Below are positions 60,731 to 64,000 of a stretch of 64,000 nucleotides of DNA, one piece after another. The translations under genes and the position numbers were made by a program. Numbering within the stretch: position 1 is the stretch's first letter; each line of letters begins with the position of its first letter. The stretch is taken from NCBI GenBank assembly GCA_963422365.1, contig OY729426.1, positions 416,001-480,000 on the forward strand, written 5' to 3'. A model generated the notes under the pieces. That model was not told the origin of the DNA. It worked only from the letters and a program-made list of their open reading frames with translations, and made no database searches. This DNA comes from Nitrospirales bacterium. Its GTDB lineage: Bacteria; Nitrospirota; Nitrospiria; Nitrospirales; UBA8639.

Positions 60731-60865
60731 AGAGGAATTCAGGCCCCCTCATTGTACATCAGTCGGTCGTCACTTAGCGACACGGGTGTCTCTTGTAGCA
60801 GCCAGCAGGGCCACACCCTGCGGCAATGGTCAGGGGGGGGCGGAAACATCGCCCCTCATTTCTTC

Positions 60866-62296
60866 CTATTTCACCAACGTCTTGATGTAATGAATCAATT
60901 GCCAGATATGATTATCGGGCATATTGGGAAAGGCCATCATGCCGGTACGTTTGGAGCCGTGTTTAATGATCCAAAACATCTGACCATCGGAAAGATCCTG
61001 CATGGTTTTCCCACACGTAAAGTTCCGTGGAGGCGGATGCAAGGCGGCTCCCATTGGTCCCTGTCCATCACCTTTGGTTCCATGACAGTTGAAACATGCC
61101 AAGGGTTGAGCCGTTTGCTGGAACAACGTTTCGCCAGCTTTCACGTTGGCTGCATTCGCCGGTAAGGGATTCGTCATGTTTTGAAACTTTCCCGGAGCCC
61201 GCTTGGTCTTGCGTGGCTGTGGGCATACCCCTGACGGGCCCCTCCCCGTTGTGGCAGACGTCATGTCCGGCACTCCCTTAAACGTCGCTTTCAGATACGC
61301 AATGACGTCCGCCACCCCCTGCTGGCCAATCGTGAGTCCCCAATACGGCATGTTGGTGGACTTTCCAACGCTTCGCCCACCATGATAGATCACGTTGTAG
61401 AGATAGTCCGTCGGCAACTTGTCAAAGGCCATCTTGGCATGCACCGCAGGCTTGGGACTCAACCCTGACGCAGCCGGACCATCACCCTCTCCCGTCGCGC
61501 CATGACATTGCGAACAGTACTCTTGATACATCACCATTCCCCGATCCACGCTTGCCTGCGCAAACTCTTGGCTGGTCCAGGGCTCGTAATAGCTGAAATC
61601 CTGAACGCCCAAGGTCAGGAGATACCCGACAATCGCCCGCACGCCGAATTCCGTGGCATCCGCCAAAAATTCTCCGCTGTGAGGCGTAAAGTCTTGGGGA
61701 TTGATCGCAAACCGGAAGAGCCAATCTGGATTATAGCGTCGCCCGGCCTCTGCTAAGTCGGCACTGTGCGGGGCACCGACCAGTTGCCCATTTTCCTCAA
61801 CGGTATGGCATCCGATGCAGGCATGCTCCTTGTACGCCAGGGCGCCGAACTCCGCTTCCTTTTTGGTCACCTTTGAAACGTCGAACGCGTCGATTTTCAC
61901 CCGCGGATCAATCAGGGTTTTTTCAAAATAATCAGTAAGCGCTTCCGCTTGCTCTTGTGTCACGGTGATGTGGACATCGGGGTCTTGACCTTGATCCCAC
62001 CGATAGCTTTTTGCATACAACCTTTTTTCTTTCCCGGTGAGAAACCCGACCAGCCATTTGTGCTGGTACTTGTTCCCAGCCCACATCAAATCCGGAGCTT
62101 TCAAATTGAATCGGCTTTCCGGCTCACCTTGAAACTTGTGACAGGTCGAGCAGACATGCTTCACCATCATTTCAACCGGCTGTTCATCGGCAGCCCAAAG
62201 AGGGGAGAATGCGAACAGGCTCATACAGGCCCCGACGATCGCAACCCTGTATGTCGTTCCCATCATTTTCGATAAAGACCGGAACTGATGCTTCAT
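60866..62296 (-). CDS. Tetraheme cytochrome c (four class-I-like domains)
   Basis: Signal peptide, then CSTCH, CIGCH, CSQCH and CFNCH. SD gagggag precedes ATG 62296. Confidence 0.92.
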   Translation of the reverse strand: MKHQFRSLSKMMGTTYRVAIVGACMSLFAFSPLWAADEQPVEMMVKHVCSTCHKFQGEPESRFNLKAPDLMWAGNKYQHKWLVGFLTGKEKRLYAKSYRWDQGQDPDVHITVTQEQAEALTDYFEKTLIDPRVKIDAFDVSKVTKKEAEFGALAYKEHACIGCHTVEENGQLVGAPHSADLAEAGRRYNPDWLFRFAINPQDFTPHSGEFLADATEFGVRAIVGYLLTLGVQDFSYYEPWTSQEFAQASVDRGMVMYQEYCSQCHGATGEGDGPAASGLSPKPAVHAKMAFDKLPTDYLYNVIYHGGRSVGKSTNMPYWGLTIGQQGVADVIAYLKATFKGVPDMTSATTGRGPSGVCPQPRKTKRAPGKFQNMTNPLPANAANVKAGETLFQQTAQPLACFNCHGTKGDGQGPMGAALHPPPRNFTCGKTMQDLSDGQMFWIIKHGSKRTGMMAFPNMPDNHIWQLIHYIKTLVK

Positions 62297-62310
62297 GTCG
62301 ACTTCTCCCT

Positions 62311-62778
62311 CTACGACTTCATGACAACGTGTGACGTTCGGCCCAATGCACGCACATACAACAGAACGTACCAGGCTTCTTCTTCCGTCAACACAAGCGG
62401 AATAAACGGAGCCATATCCGTGCCAGGGCTTCCATTTTTCAAAATCCAAAACAGTTCGCCATCCGTTCGCGCGGCTTGCCAAACCTTATCTGTAAAGTTT
62501 CTCGGCAATGTTCCGCGCAGTCCTGGAATATCGCCCAGCCCTTTGCCATCCTTCCCATGGCACGTCACGCAAAAGGCTTTGCCCTGAAAAATCTTTTTCC
62601 CTTTTTCAATAGTTTCAGAAGTACTGGGGAAAGGGTTCTGCCACGTCTTGGCTTCCTCAATCTGATCAGGCGGCACGCGCGGCTTGAGAACCATAGAATC
62701 AGCCCCCAAGACCACCGACCCTCCCATCAAAAACACAACCAAGACAGCGCTCGCCCATTGTTGGCCCGTGAATCGCAT
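62311..62778 (-). CDS. Monoheme cytochrome c
   Basis: Signal peptide, CVTCH, 'PRNFT' and 'GSPGTDM' (axial Met). Confidence 0.92.
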   Translation of the reverse strand: MRFTGQQWASAVLVVFLMGGSVVLGADSMVLKPRVPPDQIEEAKTWQNPFPSTSETIEKGKKIFQGKAFCVTCHGKDGKGLGDIPGLRGTLPRNFTDKVWQAARTDGELFWILKNGSPGTDMAPFIPLVLTEEEAWYVLLYVRALGRTSHVVMKS

Positions 62779-62859
62779 CAGACCCTTCCTTTTGTCAAAA
62801 AACCTGGCGGGAGAGGAACGGTGCGGGAAATGATGCGTTCTCCCGCACCGGCCAAGACG

Positions 62860-63378
62860 CTACTCGGTTCGAAATTGATGACCGATCGCATTCGGAATGG
62901 TCACCGTTCCATCAGGAACTTTTTGGCCTGGTTGCCAGAGATGGTAGATGATGCCGTCGGTTTTCGCGGCAGCGGCGGCAATTTCCTTCACCTTGTTTTC
63001 ATCCGCGATGTCTAAAATTTGTACGCGCCCAGTAGCAATTTCTACGGCATGGTCATGGAAATTTCTGTTCCATGTGATAAGCGGGACTTCGTTGCGGGCC
63101 AAGTCTTTGGCCACGAAGTATTCCACCGCGACCAAAGGGGCCTTGGGATCGGTGGACGGAAAGAGCACACATTGGATGATTTCATTAGAAATGCCTTTGC
63201 AATAATGGTGGAATGGCCCGCCGATTGATCCATCAGCCATCATGTGTGGAGCTTGAACGTGGAGATCAAAGCCATCCGACGGACCATTGCCCTCACTGAT
63301 GGCTGGAGTGCTCATCCCTCCAATGAAGAAGAAACTGAGAAGCCCGATGAAACTCATTGCGCGAACAGAATACAACAT
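62860..63378 (-). CDS. Exported DUF1264-like protein
   Basis: Signal peptide, 'HHYCK...IQCVLF', 'AVEY', 'FHDHAVEI' and 'HLWQ'. Confidence 0.7.
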   Translation of the reverse strand: MLYSVRAMSFIGLLSFFFIGGMSTPAISEGNGPSDGFDLHVQAPHMMADGSIGGPFHHYCKGISNEIIQCVLFPSTDPKAPLVAVEYFVAKDLARNEVPLITWNRNFHDHAVEIATGRVQILDIADENKVKEIAAAAAKTDGIIYHLWQPGQKVPDGTVTIPNAIGHQFRTE

Positions 63379-63459
63379 TGTCTACCTCCCTGTGGTTGAT
63401 GTGGTTGAATATGAATATGCATAAAGCTCCCACCCCGAATGAATGGAAACACGTTGGGG

Positions 63460-64000
63460 CTAAGAATTCGCAGCCACCAACGAGTGAAAAGTCGGGTCGG
63501 TTTCCACCAACCCTTTCAAAGTATCATTTTGCAGGAGAAAGACCCAGGATCGGTCTGTGGCTCCTGGAATCTGCTGATACCAGTGTCGCGCTTCCTTCAA
63601 CAGTTCGAACATCGCCTGATTATCACGTTTGGGGCGAAAGGCTAAACTGTACGCCTGCGCATAGGCTGCGGAGAATTTGAGCAAGGGATCAGAGGACAAC
63701 GTAAAGGCTTCAGCCGCTTCTTCGTAACCTTGAACAAGATCAGGATCATCAAAATGCCGACTCCAAGCGACGTTACTGATTCGCGACCAGGCAAGAGCCA
63801 ACAACACCCTCGCACGCAGTTGGGGTTGATCCGTCGGCAATTCGGAGAGCAATTGTTGAGGGACCATGATGGACGTGAACTCATCATTCGTCCACCGATA
63901 GGCCATGCTCAGTTTCAATCGCATTTCAAAATCCCCGGGTTGTAAATCAACTAAGGTTTCCATCGCGGGAATCAAGCGGTACAGATAATCGGCTGGTGTC
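63460..64000 (-). CDS. TPR-like hypothetical protein (5'-partial, runs off window)
   Basis: The frame stays open to the window end and has a helical-repeat composition. Confidence 0.6.
   Translation of the reverse strand, partial: TPADYLYRLIPAMETLVDLQPGDFEMRLKLSMAYRWTNDEFTSIMVPQQLLSELPTDQPQLRARVLLALAWSRISNVAWSRHFDDPDLVQGYEEAAEAFTLSSDPLLKFSAAYAQAYSLAFRPKRDNQAMFELLKEARHWYQQIPGATDRSWVFLLQNDTLKGLVETDPTFHSLVAANS

Noticed and set aside
1..64000. tRNA, rRNA, integrase or intact IS elements
   Set aside because: None were recognisable by eye. A tRNAscan-SE/ISEScan run would be needed to exclude them formally.

Overview
This 64-kb bacterial chromosome segment is most consistent with Nitrospirota; that is an inference from the 2M-type complex I and the gene content. 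It holds: a class-V PLP enzyme (5'-partial); a bacterial voltage-gated channel with a TLEDWTD filter; ftcD and a DsrE/TusA pair; a decayed defence-like islet (3.7-7.5 kb); and a minus-strand complex I operon, nuoA-B-C-D-[inserted lipoprotein]-G-I-J-K-L-M-M-N, with no nuoE, F or H in the window. Next come damaged higBA, priA with degenerate helicase motifs, and methyltransferase and ParG remnants. A large ion/inorganic-carbon locus follows: nhaD, a SulP-family transporter, DUF2294/MpsC, dabA (DUF2309), degP, and mrpE-F-G-B'-B-C-D plus NuoL/DabB-like and NuoM-like subunits. The rest is a sigma54 two-component system, an AT-rich ABC-ATPase + nuclease-like pair, mshL/M/N-like genes, a membrane-protein pseudogene and a cytochrome c cluster. 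The main finding is three copies of a ~100-nt leader RNA, consensus GURKGGURRCUG-hairpin-CAGBSACAGKACRAGCC, running directly into an intrinsic terminator. The copies sit between a predicted sigma70 promoter and the first gene of the sulP, dabA and mrp/dabB-like units. This is a candidate antitermination or riboswitch regulon for a CO2/HCO3-/cation uptake system. No rRNA, tRNA or CRISPR array was seen. All assignments come from reading motifs by eye; no database searches were run.
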